Shown here piece after piece: positions 46,501 through 54,226 of a DNA stretch of 64,000 bases. This DNA comes from Salisapilia sapeloensis CBS 127946 (lineage: Eukaryota > Protista > Oomycota): the NCBI GenBank assembly GCA_023334545.1, contig JAADVB010000060.1:1-64000 (forward strand), in the 5' to 3' direction. Position numbers and translations under genes: made by a program. Each line of letters starts with the position of its first letter. Position 1 is the first letter of the stretch. A model generated the notes under the pieces. It was not told where the DNA came from. It searched no databases and saw only the letters and a list, made by a program, of their open reading frames with translations.

Positions 46501-47882
46501 CAGGAGAGTCCGTACATGCCGAATTGATGCCATGGCTGGCCCATGTCTCGACCAACGTACTGCTGGTTCGTACCATCGAGCCCGTTTAAGATCGAGACGC
46601 TCCAGACGAAACGACCAAAGCACATGCGCGTGACGGAAGACATGAGGACAGGGATGAGGTAGATGATGAGGAAGCTGAGTGCCGACGCAAGGTACGTTCC
46701 TTCTTCTCCACCGCCTGGAAGCGCACTGCTTAAGCCAGCCAACGCAAAGTTTTCATTCGGCGAAACGAAGACGAGGAGGAAGAGGCAGAAGAAGATGGTG
46801 TGCCAGGCGAAACGGATGAAGATGCCCATTGCGGTGAATGGGTTCTTAAACGTCCGGATGCCGTAGAGCCATATTTGGAGCCCAGCCTTGACCATGAGCA
46901 GACCTGTGACGGTCATCATGACCGAGTAGAGTGCATGCAGTCTTGTCTTCTTCTGTCCACTCGAGAAGAACTTGGAGTAGATCATGAAGCCGGAGGTCGA
47001 GTCCGGATCTGAGCGGTAGGCGATGTATACGATGGCGACTTGCAAGTGGAAGACGACGAGGAGGAAGTACCATAGACGGAAGAAACCGAGTAGAGGGTTA
47101 AATACACTACGTTTTTCCTTGAACGTCTTGTGCTCCTGTGCTGCGAGTGCTTGGGATACATTGCGTTCATCAAAGTCAAGACAAGTCTTTGTCCAGAAGA
47201 ACTCGTTCACATCGTCGTAGTTGATAATGTCCTTGTGATCCAATGGACGCTTCCCTTCTGGTGCCGATGCGGTCTTCATCTGCGCCACGTGCTTGTACAC
47301 GGGTCGAATGATCTCCTTAAGGTAAAATCCTTCTTCCACATCCGGCAGCGTCTCGACGTTACTGAGTTTGTATGAGACGCTATGGTAGAGAAAGCATAGA
47401 CATTCAGGCATGAAGCGAATGTTTCCAGCTTCTCCCCACATGAGTAGGAAGAGTGCGATCTGTCGCTCTTTCATCGGTCCGTCATGTGCCTCTGCTCCAT
47501 GCGGTTTCACTCGCAGAAACTCACACCATTTAACGTAATTCTTCAGGAACTTTGCATGCACTCGATCAAGCGCTTCCCCTTCGACATCCGCGACTTTATT
47601 CTCGTTCCGTAGACGGTATTGGTAGTTTGTAAACCAGCATCCGAAATGCTCTTTCTGGTTCGCGACGCTGCTTTGTTGGAAGCCAAACTTGCGCTGCAAC
47701 AACTCAAACGGTCCATGACGCGCAGCTTCCGCGCCTTCGGTGGGAAAATTTTGGAATTCCAGCCCAGGCGTGTCCTGGAACGACGTCAAGTGCTGGAGCG
47801 ATGGCTCGCGACTCGTGTCGATGTAGTTATGTGCAGCCGTCCGGCGACCAGGCGTGTTTCCGCCGCCAAAGTGATGCTGCAT
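40587..47882 (-). CDS. FKS: 1,3-beta-glucan (callose) synthase, GT48, fused to a C-terminal sugar-porter/MFS-like domain
   Basis: First ATG 47882 (the listed start is GTG). FKS dom1 LLMWGEAGNIRFMPECLCF; catalytic core WASLRGQTLARTVQGMM, GEGKPENQN, IDMNQEHYFEE, HYGHPD, NLSEDVF, QCGKGRD. C-terminal MFS motifs LGKLLGRK, PESPVWL, LVDNVRRK, EMFP. Confidence 0.95.
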   Translation of the reverse strand: MQHHFGGGNTPGRRTAAHNYIDTSREPSLQHLTSFQDTPGLEFQNFPTEGAEAARHGPFELLQRKFGFQQSSVANQKEHFGCWFTNYQYRLRNENKVADVEGEALDRVHAKFLKNYVKWCEFLRVKPHGAEAHDGPMKERQIALFLLMWGEAGNIRFMPECLCFLYHSVSYKLSNVETLPDVEEGFYLKEIIRPVYKHVAQMKTASAPEGKRPLDHKDIINYDDVNEFFWTKTCLDFDERNVSQALAAQEHKTFKEKRSVFNPLLGFFRLWYFLLVVFHLQVAIVYIAYRSDPDSTSGFMIYSKFFSSGQKKTRLHALYSVMMTVTGLLMVKAGLQIWLYGIRTFKNPFTAMGIFIRFAWHTIFFCLFLLVFVSPNENFALAGLSSALPGGGEEGTYLASALSFLIIYLIPVLMSSVTRMCFGRFVWSVSILNGLDGTNQQYVGRDMGQPWHQFGMYGLSWTVIFLCKFLFSLQLMIKPLVGPSVEIWDLPVPEEQKAKGVLESNHNIGFILALWAPVLVVYMYDLQIWFILYQSVVGMIMGFRLKLGHYGTLLDLQKGLYLAPSRFDNTISSDQAKKQKPMGDRESLETPVLQDMKRLRFAIIWNEVVSSFRLNDLLDDRETVMLQYRLLRNGERVEDPIFLLAGKLPKAIEIASEAHSHNVKTTPDLVNKIAAIEAMDAVRHGVELFRDIIFLLLGDKDGENVLQILDYFVSAQDVMSLVDFQYMSTLNEQLLELLTDILDLPEDVEALESTSSDTEPLRAEFHSQVSEIVRHLRDMVGTIELMVNDETVVSRLRRVAFLDSSDLTFQKEQLLALYKADAFGESTMFTAPRRQNSMGLEASSRHAREAFMSSCTRLFFLLKLDVSNALPRGAEAKRRMGFFLHSLSMEMPTISSLEAMPSFSVMTPYYSETVMFTLAELSDPVNSNPLFEAVDKHAKAKGQQELSIMKYLITFHAEEWSNFLERMGLATLDEALEAVPREVRLWASLRGQTLARTVQGMMMYEDAIRLLRWMELFSADMSEADKVVDMDRISSLKFSYITGCQIYSAQAAKGDHRADDIDYLMKKYPSWRVSFVDTIELNDGDKRFDCVLAKSEGDEIVEVYRYELPGNPILGEGKPENQNVALVFTRGEYLQTIDMNQEHYFEECLKMPNFLATSVTETGEEVTVIGMKEHVFTGRASSLARFMTLQELVFVTLTQRVLAKPLRSRMHYGHPDVFEKSFVMTSGGVSKASKGINLSEDVFSGYNVTLRGGLVTHVEFMQCGKGRDVTLSQINAFEAKLSNGCAESCLSREGHRMSSHLDFFRLNSMFYGHFGFYICNALTVFCVFVYAYSKLYVGTHVALQEDAVAKSDSMASLSAVLGTQYVLQFGMLTTLPLMATLVVEFGFKNGCFQIFELFATMGIVFYVFLTGTKAHFFDVALLRGGSKYRATGRGFNITRDPMVSFFKEYGVSHFRKAVELIGIMGLYGLYANFSLGVDALDDFCENADFDCKDEPEKVPENITNLAAYGSSGGQSFGLASFAVLLLGSCWLMAPFIFNTDGLVLAKTNIDISNWFAWMMRVRNEDEVAQDEAPATAHTIPVPKDGWIEWWKEDVDLNANLGGMGRLTYCLRELRFPIAMYYVFTTQFSLGWLGLLVPMILGAWFMLWFGNRMVSMTMGSRQKSKLLMIRGIVYMVGTLSGLTLLPLIICLIAGWSMLKAVTLTVCIILGLNTICQYGVAMHGVYGFKVAHWRPISSLGFLMDIIVSVFLVLPLFILSLLPFMRILQTRMMYNGGFSRALSSGSEVAASLAILMGLLVGFIFGFMKSFLMGLGYVNDPSDNFINKSFYYFVTETFANDGKNYLDFMSNGYAKLIGAVASILAIAISYGLGKLLGRKWNICIGAILIAVSLGLNFTPSTGVITASIALANAGSAMVFMNYLLWAFEICTKGWRGKSVGIFLLGAMMGYLVHNSMQASSDITSMSEQFSNKPQYTWCLQPIYVVAPMLFVLFVALWFLPESPVWLIARGKPEPARESFVTLRRRQKVDADIKAVQDEMTGKIEDVNMTFRIAFTICLQAMFGLFLSQAMLPRLSVEKEDEDGDEKGTFTNRWPMYFGMSCGFGLAFGSILVDNVRRKTLLKDFTPFLALASLIAGIADAATGGKSDASVQVIAVMIYVVSGLSLLNVSNLSALEMFPMRRRTLFFCISLCVSYVVQGLVYFLSPSLAATMFVFCVCCMALTVVLFLYCASTKQGAIQLKGEKRRQKEREAAEARQRAEAGEDGPKASGGGKMDQQRRRRIMQAIMNSRAVNAFTPNTQGQRLPPELHHSHSGSSQFSLSTDATSTPYNRSTTPTSDRQTEQEWHYSQTFNRNSATYQDGPQQTSEVRTRPTMPAQEDSLYEGTMIEELENLPDNLFQEQISYPANQPRSQSLLQSRQFPDSELEAETNSRVWRM

Positions 47883-47908
47883 ATACGTTGCCCCCTCTTC
47901 CACAGCTT

Positions 47909-47924
47909 TCTAAAGTCGAAATGA
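47909..47924 (-). promoter_or_regulatory. Possible INR(+partial FPR) core promoter of the glucan synthase gene
   Basis: Minus strand TCATTTC-ga-CTTTAGA: exact INR match, imperfect FPR, about 27-42 nt upstream of ATG 47882. Confidence 0.35.
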
Positions 47925-48180
47925 ACGTCTGGATTGCGGGACTTGAGCCTCGTTTCTCAATAGGTGAAAACATCCTATCCCTTACGTGCAGTAGGTACAC
48001 CTGTCTATCTTTATAAAGTGCATTTCAACGAACAAAATGTATAGACGGAAAAAGTAGTTGTCCAGATGGGTTATTAAATTTGGAAAAAATCCAAACGACG
48101 TAAGACTCGAACAAGATTTCAAATGTGAAAATCCATCGGCTGCCATCAAGAGACCACGACGTCGAGTATCGAGATGGAGG

Positions 48181-51100
48181 CTACAAGCATAATTCCAGAT
48201 ACGTACGTCCATAGGTATTCGTCGCGTCGTCTTCAATGGCAGGGTATGCTGGTGTTAAACCGTCTTGCGCATACATGTACAACGAGTTGTATAGTTTCCA
48301 ATAGACTTCTCGAACACGTCGTGCTGGATGGAAGAGACCTTGCATCACGTACTGGAGGATGACATGCGGCCCGACGGCGACTCGACAGCCTTCAATCGCG
48401 TCAAAGACAGCATTAATCACATGTGGCGAAGTCTCAAAGACATTCGGCCAGACGTAGTTGAGTAAATGCACGAGCGCATCTTCACATCCGAGGCCAACAA
48501 CACCAAGCGCCATGTGCTTGACCGTCGTGCAAGCAGTCTGTCGATGCACAAGATCTCTATCCATAAGTGCATCCTGTAGCAACGGTGTCACAGCGTAAAT
48601 GTAGTCCTTGGACACTTCGCCAATGTACTCAAACATGAATGAAAACGCTTTCAGGACACCGTTCTGGACGTTTAATTCCGGCACACGGTACTCATTCATG
48701 AGCGCAGGGACGACCGTGAATGGCGCACACATCTCTGCAACGATAGCAATCGCAACGGTGGTGCACACGCGGTTCTGACGCTCTTGCACCTTAAGGTTAT
48801 TCAGCAACGTATGCAGCACATCCTGTGGTCCAATGGCCTTGGCAAGGTACCCGAAAGTGTTCACAGCAGCACGTCGGATGCTCTTCTTGTGTGCATTCAA
48901 AAGCTCCAGCAGTTCAAAGCAGATACGCATCCACTCTCGAGGCGACACGAACTCTTCGCCACGATCCGCGATGCGTCCGATGAGGTCGACGCATTGTTCT
49001 TGGACCTTTTCATGTCGATTCTTAAGGATAGGCGTGACGCGTGGCAGGAGATCTTTGATCGGTGGTGTCATCTTGCTCATACCAATGACGTTGACGATGG
49101 CTTTCAAGGCTCCGAGGATGGAGCCTAGGACTTCTGGATATTCTTCGCCAAGGTACTCGTACAAGACGACGCCCATGTGACCCATGAGTTGCTCCTGATC
49201 ACACGTCTTCATGACGCCTGCGATACGGCTGACTAGATCTGCTGCTTGCATACGTACCTTTGCTGGCTTGTTATTCAGACGCCACTTGATGGTACCACAG
49301 ATTTGCGGCAGGTAGTTCTTGGCACGTAGACCGAGGGCATTGACGACAGTGCCAAATCCATCGAGCAAGACCGACGTGTCGTCTGCTGTCTGTTCCTGGA
49401 AAGCGTAGAGAACGCCATCGAGCAGTCTTTCTTCCAGTTCACTTCCAATATCCGTCGCGCCGAGGTTGGCAATAATCTTCTGGACGGCATCCATGACCAT
49501 GCGTCTATACGGCTCACTCTCGTCCTTAAGGTCATCCACGACACGCGAGACGATTTCACTTGCTCCGACTTTATTCGCAATCTCAACTGTCGTTTCAACA
49601 AGCTGTCGATAGTTACGTCGATCGAGCGCCATGCGTCGGACCCAAAAGTGTCTGAAAAAGTCCGGTAGGATCTCTTCTCGTACGTATGAAGCTTCGACGC
49701 CGTCCGTCGCAACACATTGCTTGACGACTTTCAACACGATCTTCTTCATCTCTTCATCTGGGCTCTGGAACTCTCGAATTAAAATCACCATCACCTCTCG
49801 TGTGTAGTAATTCGCGTAGTGCGCGTCCATGAGTGGGATGATAAAGCCCACGGCCTTGAGGAATGCCGCGAGGCCTTTACCACGGTGCTGACGGATACCT
49901 TTCCAAAGCGGCTGGAGGACGCAGTCGAACGATTCGATGCCGTACGGATGCGCTGCTTCAGCTAGTGCTGCCAATGCCAAGGCAGTGATCGTACGCACCT
50001 TTTGATCGTCCTGGAGACCGTGCTGAATGATCTCCACGAGGTGCTTCAAGTGCGGGAGGATGGCACAACCCATGAGAATCGCGATTTGCTGCACGATCTT
50101 GATACCCGTATGACGTGCCTGCCATGACTTGCGACTCTGACACACTGCCTTGAGGAAAGGCAGGAGCGACGGGACGCCAAGAGCTGATGCGACGACGGCA
50201 AAGGCTCGAGAAGTCGTATTGCGAACGTACTCGTCTTCATTATCCAGGTCAGGTCGCATGGTCGAGATCATCGTTGCCAGTCCTGCAGCTTTTGCTAGAT
50301 TGGATATGATCTCACGACCTTCAACACGTGCATAGTAGTCTTCATCGATCAGCATCGGTTCGATCGGAACAAGAATCTTGTGCACATACGGACGGACGAG
50401 ATCATCGAGTTTGTACATGACTCGATCGATCACTTTCACAAGTAAATGCCGTTCCTGATCTTCCAGCGTCATGGATCGAAGCAGTGGAAGGATCTGGTTG
50501 AACAACGGACCGGCACCAAATTCACGTGCATTCTCGGTGATCTGACGCAGTGCAGACTTGCGTTGCGGAGGCGTTCCGTTCTTAATTTTCAACAGCAGAC
50601 GCATGATCTTACGTTCCTTGGCGGTCTCGGCATCCAAGGCCTCTTCATCCACTTCATCCATTAGTTTGCCAAAGTACTGGTAGTCCTCCGGCTTAATGTA
50701 CGGCATAGATGCATCAGCAGCACCGGATGGAGTCATGGGCACGCCGTATTCAGCTCTTGCCGGTGTCTCCTGCATCTTAAATCCTGGTGTCTGACCCATG
50801 GGCGTCGGCGTCGACAAGAGCTTACGAGATGGTGTACGGATCGGGATGTAGTTGGCAGGTGGATCTAGAATCTTATAACCTGCGGATGGGAACATGGCAT
50901 CAAGCTCTTCGTCGGACATTGGACGATTGCGCTCTTCCACTTCATGCTCCCACCGCATGCGTTGGGCAATCTCCGGCGTCACAGAGCCAGCCAAAACACT
51001 CATACCTTTACCAGGCGTTGCATCCTTGGATGCCACCGGTGTTTCGTCCCAACGAGAGCGTCTGCTGCCGGGCGTTGGCGTCGCAGATACTCCTCCTGCA

Positions 51101-51867
51101 CCGCCAGACACGGGTGTGGCATCCCACTTGGAGCCACTGGGCGTGGCGGATGGAGTCGCGTCCCATCGATTACGCTTAGGTGTGGCAGCAGGAGTGGTGT
51201 CCCACTTGGCGCCTCGAACGGGTGTGTCTGCACCGCTCGATTCGGACCCTTTATCCCAGTCAGATCCACTTTCCTTGTCTGTTTTCGGCATATCAGGCTG
51301 GGCATTGCCGCCATCGTCCCAACGCATGCGTTTACGACGCTTAGGCGTCGGTTCATCCTCAAGCGATGAAGACTCTTTGGTCTCGCCAGCTTGGCCTTTC
51401 GTTTCCTCTTGCTCCTGTTGTTTCTGACGGATCTTGCGCATGACTTCTGCACGCTCAGCTTCGAGACGTTGGGACTGCATAATATCTTTATAGGACCGCT
51501 GTGGTGTCTTGCCATCGAATGCGTCGCCACGCTCAGGTGAGAGCACGCGATCCCATCCTCGTTTACCGTATTCATTCTGTCTGTCCATGATTTTAGTGTT
51601 CACGAGACCAGAGCCATTGCCTTCAGCCGCTCCGTTTGCAAATGGATCGTGCGATTCGTCCACGAGACCTTCCCGAGCAGCATCCAAGGACATGCTCTTC
51701 TCTTGCTGTCTTGCTTGCGAAGCAGCCGGGGCCTCCGACGTGTCTTGCTCATCACCTTCCAGTGGGATGGAATCAGCATATCCTTTAAACTTGTCATCTG
51801 AACCGTATAAATCCTGATCGAAATGGCCTTGAGCTCCAAGACCGACTTTTTCCGATTCCGACGACAT
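48181..51867 (-). CDS. SF3B1: Splicing factor 3B subunit 1
   Basis: Start MSSESEKVG at 51867. RWDxTP ULM repeats, [28 protein letters not shown], and HEAT region [45 protein letters not shown]. Intronless. Confidence 0.98.
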   Translation of the reverse strand: MSSESEKVGLGAQGHFDQDLYGSDDKFKGYADSIPLEGDEQDTSEAPAASQARQQEKSMSLDAAREGLVDESHDPFANGAAEGNGSGLVNTKIMDRQNEYGKRGWDRVLSPERGDAFDGKTPQRSYKDIMQSQRLEAERAEVMRKIRQKQQEQEETKGQAGETKESSSLEDEPTPKRRKRMRWDDGGNAQPDMPKTDKESGSDWDKGSESSGADTPVRGAKWDTTPAATPKRNRWDATPSATPSGSKWDATPVSGGAGGVSATPTPGSRRSRWDETPVASKDATPGKGMSVLAGSVTPEIAQRMRWEHEVEERNRPMSDEELDAMFPSAGYKILDPPANYIPIRTPSRKLLSTPTPMGQTPGFKMQETPARAEYGVPMTPSGAADASMPYIKPEDYQYFGKLMDEVDEEALDAETAKERKIMRLLLKIKNGTPPQRKSALRQITENAREFGAGPLFNQILPLLRSMTLEDQERHLLVKVIDRVMYKLDDLVRPYVHKILVPIEPMLIDEDYYARVEGREIISNLAKAAGLATMISTMRPDLDNEDEYVRNTTSRAFAVVASALGVPSLLPFLKAVCQSRKSWQARHTGIKIVQQIAILMGCAILPHLKHLVEIIQHGLQDDQKVRTITALALAALAEAAHPYGIESFDCVLQPLWKGIRQHRGKGLAAFLKAVGFIIPLMDAHYANYYTREVMVILIREFQSPDEEMKKIVLKVVKQCVATDGVEASYVREEILPDFFRHFWVRRMALDRRNYRQLVETTVEIANKVGASEIVSRVVDDLKDESEPYRRMVMDAVQKIIANLGATDIGSELEERLLDGVLYAFQEQTADDTSVLLDGFGTVVNALGLRAKNYLPQICGTIKWRLNNKPAKVRMQAADLVSRIAGVMKTCDQEQLMGHMGVVLYEYLGEEYPEVLGSILGALKAIVNVIGMSKMTPPIKDLLPRVTPILKNRHEKVQEQCVDLIGRIADRGEEFVSPREWMRICFELLELLNAHKKSIRRAAVNTFGYLAKAIGPQDVLHTLLNNLKVQERQNRVCTTVAIAIVAEMCAPFTVVPALMNEYRVPELNVQNGVLKAFSFMFEYIGEVSKDYIYAVTPLLQDALMDRDLVHRQTACTTVKHMALGVVGLGCEDALVHLLNYVWPNVFETSPHVINAVFDAIEGCRVAVGPHVILQYVMQGLFHPARRVREVYWKLYNSLYMYAQDGLTPAYPAIEDDATNTYGRTYLELCL

Positions 51868-52861
51868 GGCTGCTGTATTTATTCTGCTATGAAGATGGGA
51901 AAAGAGGTGTGAAATGGCAGGTAGATGAAGCTCCTGGTGTTCACGTAAATCGAGTATAAATTGCTTTGCTGCAAAGGTGGAACGTCTTGCCCGATGATCG
52001 CTCTCCTCTTCTTCCTCGCTCGCGTTTCGACTGCGCGTCCAACGGGCCGTGAAGCATACAAATATCCAGTTATTCGAAAGCACTCGACTTGAGTATGGAG
52101 ATGCGATTCGAATTTAGTACTGGACGCTGATTGGTTGATAATATATTCAAGGTTGAAATAAAATAGATTCTTTACTTTACTTTTCTTTTTCATTCTTTCT
52201 TTGAGGAAGACGCGGGTGCGTCTTGATCATGAGATAGGCTTGCAGTATTGCTTGCTGAAGCTGCTGGTGCTGGATACGGTTAAATGCTGAGTTACTGCAT
52301 GGTACGCTATACCAAGGAATGGAGCACACACGGTCTAACTTGAGACTTGTATGGTGTCATTCTAATCCTACCGTTCTACTATCAGTACAATGCGTACGAT
52401 CAGAGCGTGCAATCATCCTGCTCGGTGTCTTACGTTCTCTGACTTATTCAAACGTATCAGATCTAGAATTAATCCGCTCGTCAAAGTTTTCCGACCAGTT
52501 TTCGTCGAGTTTCCACGAGCTTTTGATGCCAAAGTTTCCGCAGAAAGTGTATCCAAATCCAGAGCTTTCCAGTGGCGACACGAATCTGTCTCAAGAAACT
52601 TTGGCTTGTCACCCTCTTCGTCCAAGTTACCAGCCATGGATTTCTCCACCCATGTACGCCTTTCGCATCATCATCTCCACCGCTTCAGTACAAGCTGTAC
52701 CTTCAGAATGTTCAACCAGCCATACATCGCATTCTGAAGCTCATCACAAATCGCGATTTCAACCTTGCTGGCGTGCCCACATGTCTGGCCCTTACTTTCT
52801 CTACCGAGTGGCTGCAACCCCAATCCAGTGAATCCCGACTCACTAAACAAACGACTGTTCT

Positions 52862-54145
52862 ATGCATCCCGCTCTTAAACGTGGGAGACCATTAAATCGG
52901 ATTCTTGTCAACAGTGGTAGGGGTCATGGCAGCAGGTCATTTCTTATCTACGTGAGGGAGAGTCTGCCTGGCGTCACCCACCACGAGCGCATGACGCACA
53001 CTCAACGTTGCTCATCCCGGACGCAAGACTCGGCCGAAACGGTCGTACGCTCCAATTTTCATTTGAACATGACCGAAGTAGATCAGCTCCGTGGGAACAC
53101 TATGCGCAGTCTATCGTCGCAGAACCTCTTCCATCGAACGGCTAGTATGTGCAGCCAAAGCAGTCAGAGCAGTCAGAGCAGTGTCTCGAGTAGCTGCTCC
53201 AAGTCCAGCCTGAGCATACCGTCCATGTCTCCCCGTATCGACATTCCATTGAGTGGACGTCACGGTAGCAACGCCTCGACGAATGGTCCGATGACGCTGG
53301 AAGACCTCGAACGATCACTTCGTTCGTCTCCTCATGCGCAGTCAAAATCTGGCGACGATAGTACAAAAAAGCTCAGATCATCCTTTGTCAAGTCCGTCGT
53401 CAGCATCTTTAGCAAAAGCAAAGACGCCAAGAACGAACAAATGGCGAGCACAGGTACAAGCGTCGGTAGTCTCTTTGACGAAGAGCCGGAATACTTTCCC
53501 AAGCTATCTTCACCTTGGGGACAACAGTCCTATCAATGCAATTGGACGGAACTCGCTGCGACACTCTTTCATCGTCCAGTCCTCGACGACATTGCTCGTG
53601 TCCAAAAAGCACTAGTGGCGTCGGAATGGAGTGAGGAGCGCTTGAGCAGCTTACGTCGATGGCTGCTGCAGCTAGAGGTCCGTGTCAACCTTGTTCGACG
53701 TTTGAAAGCGTTGCTACAGGAAGAGCGGTCTGTCGTAGCTGGTGTAGACCCAAAACTATCGCCTTCCCAACTTACCAAGTTCACAGAAGTGTTGGAAAGC
53801 TTGACGATCGATGCATTCGAGACACAAGAGCTGTATCGTGAAGCCGTAGGTGAAGCCCTGACGTCTCTAGTGCAGTCACTGAACAAGGATGGATCGGCCA
53901 TGGCGGAGTGGACGGTGTTTAACATGACGGAAGCCCTCGAGTACCAAGCGCTGAGCAACATGTTTCATCACATGAGTGATGAAGAGCCTGCAGGCGTCAT
54001 CCTCGTACAGATTGTCAAGAGCTTAAATGACACCGAGTCAGCTTCGTTGTTAAATTGCTGTGACATGGACATTCAATTGAAACTCATGGAGGATTGGAAG
54101 CAGGAACATGATCGTTATCGAAAGCTCGTGGATGCCATGAACTAA
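52862..54145 (+). CDS. Hypothetical protein (Ser-rich N-terminus, helical C-terminal region)
   Basis: 427-aa ORF with host-like composition. The true start may be a downstream ATG (MTHTQR or MTEVDQ). No family recognised. Confidence 0.65.
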   Translation: MHPALKRGRPLNRILVNSGRGHGSRSFLIYVRESLPGVTHHERMTHTQRCSSRTQDSAETVVRSNFHLNMTEVDQLRGNTMRSLSSQNLFHRTASMCSQSSQSSQSSVSSSCSKSSLSIPSMSPRIDIPLSGRHGSNASTNGPMTLEDLERSLRSSPHAQSKSGDDSTKKLRSSFVKSVVSIFSKSKDAKNEQMASTGTSVGSLFDEEPEYFPKLSSPWGQQSYQCNWTELAATLFHRPVLDDIARVQKALVASEWSEERLSSLRRWLLQLEVRVNLVRRLKALLQEERSVVAGVDPKLSPSQLTKFTEVLESLTIDAFETQELYREAVGEALTSLVQSLNKDGSAMAEWTVFNMTEALEYQALSNMFHHMSDEEPAGVILVQIVKSLNDTESASLLNCCDMDIQLKLMEDWKQEHDRYRKLVDAMN

Positions 54146-54226
54146 GAACAAGTAGTAGTGATAATTGTAGAGCGAAATGGAACCTAGTGTGTTTAAAGAA
54201 GACGTGGACTTGTTTTAATTGCGAAG

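Noticed and set aside
51868-52083. 72-aa N-terminal extension of the SF3B1 ORF (likewise the extensions on the TKL, ERG3, RBMX2 and FKS ORFs)
   Set aside because: These start at non-ATG or upstream codons and lack homology-like character; downstream ATGs match the family N-termini.
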